Shown here in pieces: positions 60,988-64,000 of a stretch of DNA of 64,000 nucleotides. Source of the stretch: Octopus sinensis (lineage: Eukaryota); assembly GCF_006345805.1 (NCBI RefSeq), contig NC_043006.1:13454001-13518000 (forward strand), in the 5' to 3' direction. Both the position numbers and the translations under genes were made by a program. The notes under the pieces were generated by a model. It searched no databases, had not been told where the DNA came from, and saw only the letters and a list, made by a program, of their open reading frames with translations. Numbering within the stretch: the first letter of the stretch is position 1; the number at the start of each line of letters is the position of its first letter.

Positions 60988-61062
60988 CTATGTACTAATT
61001 AGTTTCACTTGCTAATATTTACGTATATGGATACGTAAACATCTGCAAGATCATCAGCATAG
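60988..61062 (-). ncRNA. Type I hammerhead ribozyme motif with intact core (GUA site)
   Basis: Minus strand CTATG-CTGATGA-T-CTTGC..TTTACGTAT..ATACGTAAA..GCAAG-T-GAAA-CTAATTAG-TA-CATAG; palindromic helix III ACTAATTAGT; in a microsatellite-flanked element at about 60748-61255. Confidence 0.85.
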
Positions 61063-61251
61063 TCTGTCGCTTAAATATGGAAATTGACGATTTAAAGTCT
61101 GTTATCAACATATTGTCATGGAAATGATAAGTTTTCTTTTGCCCTTGTTTATAATTTGTTTATAATTTTAACCTTTAAAGGTATTTTAATATGCTGCCAC
61201 TTTTGGTAAAATTTTTTCTGAAAAAATTTTCTCTTATATTTTCTCCTATAA

Positions 61252-61310
<59 letters not shown>

Positions 61311-61323
61311 TCTCTCTCTCTCT

Positions 61324-61371
<48 letters not shown>

Positions 61372-62367
61372 CAAAACTGGGAGGGAGGGAGGTGGGATGA
61401 AACGACGAATCGAATCGAACCTGACGCGAACGCGCTGTCAGACAATAATGTAATAAATAAAATATATGCATGCATACAAACATATATGTACGTACCTACA
61501 TCTACATGTATATATACATACATATATAAATATATATACCTGAGTACAGGACACTGCAACTAAACGTAGAACTCAACGAAAAACGAAAACGGACAAGCCA
61601 TATTTTTACAACAAAAAAACAGAGACGAAACGAAAACGGGAAAAACATTAATTTTTTACATCAGAAAAACAAGGTACAGGACAAACCACACAGGAAAAAT
61701 CCCCAGTTCATCAGCTGTCTCTAGCTAACTCAAGCGTGTTTCGAAGGATAAAACAGGACACGACTCGTCAACTAGTCCTTCATTGCGAGAGAATTAAAAT
61801 AAAATTGCCTCGCATAGGGGCAAAAACAGACAAGAAAAACATGACAAAAACAGGACGTAAAAACGATACAAATGCAAAATAAAATAAAATACAAGATAAA
61901 GATACACGTACAAGAAAATACAAAACGAGAAATAAAAAGAAAATACAATATGAGAAATCAAAAGACAAGAAAACAAACGAGAAAAACAAAACGAAAAGGC
62001 CTTTGTTTGGCAAGACGAGGATGTTGTAGTAGCAGCGCAAGGGAACACGTCCTTTCAGCTTGAGAGCAGGAGGCGAAAGGAAGTGGCCAGGAGTGGCGAA
62101 GATGAGGAAGAGAGAGGGAGAGAGAGAGAGAGATAGAAGAAGGGAAGTGGCAAGAGTGAGCAAGAGAGAGGACGGGGAAGGCAAAGCAAAGGAAGGGAAT
62201 TGAATTTCGCGTATACATATATACATATACATATATACATATACACATATATACATATACATATACACATATACATATATATATATTCATTCAAAATGTG
62301 ACCTCGTGTGTACCGTTGACGATTATTTTCCTCCGTCTTCCCTTCTTTCGATCTTTCCTTTTCCTAT

Positions 62368-62402
62368 GCTTCTGACGAAGAGCTCCGCTCGAAACGTTAA
62401 GC
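62368..62402 (+). ncRNA. Minimal type I hammerhead ribozyme motif with intact core
   Basis: GCTT-CTGACGA-A-GAGC-TCC-GCTC-GAAA-CGT-T-AAGC; palindromic ACGT helix III; in element 62290-62500. Confidence 0.82.
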
Positions 62403-64000
62403 CCTCCTTTCCTTCTTTCCTGAGCGTCCAATAATACTATATTTGTTCCACGTCCTCGCGTTGTTGTGCTTTCTCTTTGCGTTTTCATGTTTGGATTAAC
62501 TATATATATGTATTCATATTTGTATATATTTTATGTACATATATATTATATATATGTATACTCAGCATTATACACGCATTTCATAGAGTATACCCACTTA
62601 CTATAAAATACTCAAAACCAGAATAAAGCACTGCATGAACCCATAGAACTTTTATTATTACAGCAGAATTACCTTTAAGCTATTTTTAAAATGTTTGATT
62701 AGATAACAATGAAAATTAAATATTTGTGTTTTGCTCCTTTCAACTTCTAAATACAATCGATCTCTGTCTATCTTGATAAGGAAGAATTCCTTAATAATAG
62801 CACAGCATATCGTTTGTGTTTACAGTTCAGTATTGAATATATTAAATTTTAATCAAAGCAGATTTTACACAACCTTTTAATCTAATTAACTTGCATAAGT
62901 TAATCAGATAATGTGTGTTGTAGCTGAAATGTTACGAAAAATGCACGTAAATATATCTATTTTTTTTGTGTGTTTCAAAGTCAATCAAATATTATACGAA
63001 GAAAATATTCGTGTCAGTAGTGTAAACAGTTTTTTGAACAATCAAATATGACTTCAGAGATTGATTATCTCTAAAGGGGAAAATTAAATAACATACGTGC
63101 CTAGAATCTGGTAGAAGTTATTCTGTCGAAAGAAAAGAATTTTATTGCTAACTAATTGAAAAAGAACAAAGCAATGCCATGGTTTTTGGCGAGTGTTTCG
63201 CAAGTTCGCTTGAATCACCAAATCATAGTTCACATTTAAGTCTGGTTTAAAGCGTATTGAGCCTGTAAATTGGCTAAATTTTCTGGTTGGTTATAATGTC
63301 TGTTTGGCTAAAATTGTTGTTGTTTGCATCCTTTTGTCTCGCATAAACTAATCCATTCTGGTTTTTACATTTCATGTCCTCTCCAGTTTCCTTTCCAGTC
63401 TTGCGCAGGCATGGGCAAGATGTAAGAAAATCCTGGGTAGCCCAATCGTGAGGATTCCTATTTCGACCTTGCTGATGTAGTCCAAAGGTGTGCAGAGCAT
63501 TACGTTTGGCACCGGCTTGGTTGCAGCAGCTACCGGGAGAGTGTCGAGTCGAACACTAAACCGCCTACGGGGCTCCATTCCGGATTTCTTTGAAGGTTGT
63601 CTCCTTTCCGTAACCCTGGATAGGGGCCCTATACTGTCAGCCGGAGCCAGCTGTGCCCGGGACAGTGTCAGGCAGGGTTGTCACTCACTGAAGTAGGGAA
63701 GAAAATCGCTACCCACTACCTATATGGGACTTGGCTAAAATAATATGCGTGGAAATGGAGAAAATTTGGTGTGTATACTATTTAGTTAACTAAAAAGGAC
63801 TGACAGGTTACTAATTTCTGATTGGTTAAAATAACACAGATGTGTCATACTGAACTATATCTACACACGGTTGCTAAATTAGCCACTCGTAGACTGCATT
63901 AAAAATAACTATTGATAGAGATGAATATAAGGCAATCGACATCGTGGATCAAATAAAGATGTAAATTTTTTAAAAGAATAAATGATGAAGCTTATGAATT

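Noticed and set aside
61700-61790. Minus-strand GAAA...CTGATGA arrangement suggesting a type II hammerhead
   Set aside because: Helices I and II cannot be paired convincingly

Overview
AT-rich animal genomic DNA, very probably octopus/coleoid cephalopod (inferred from the repeat families; not confirmed by search). The window holds the 3' ~three quarters of one protein-coding gene, AP-4 complex subunit epsilon (AP4E1). It lies on the + strand as 15 exons from 1 to 40411 that splice in frame to 873 aa plus stop. One intron (1804-5224) is a minor-spliceosome AT-AC intron. The rest is dense in repeats: several tRNA-derived SINE families (some as 184-bp tandem arrays), a 5'-truncated RTE LINE and many copies of its 3' UTR, CR1/L2, R4/Dong and Tx1-like fragments, two full-length dead mariners, Tc1 and piggyBac remnants, non-autonomous Helitrons and long microsatellites. 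The main unexpected signal is a set of type I hammerhead ribozyme motifs found by eye. There are four well-formed motifs, one core-mutated copy and two degenerate candidates, most with a palindromic helix III and most in short (TA)n-flanked elements. One sits next to a Penelope-like GIY-YIG remnant, and one lies in a 395-nt unit with a terminal direct repeat (retrozyme/circRNA-like). All family assignments come from motif recognition without database searches. Repeat boundaries are approximate unless a TSD or TIR is quoted.
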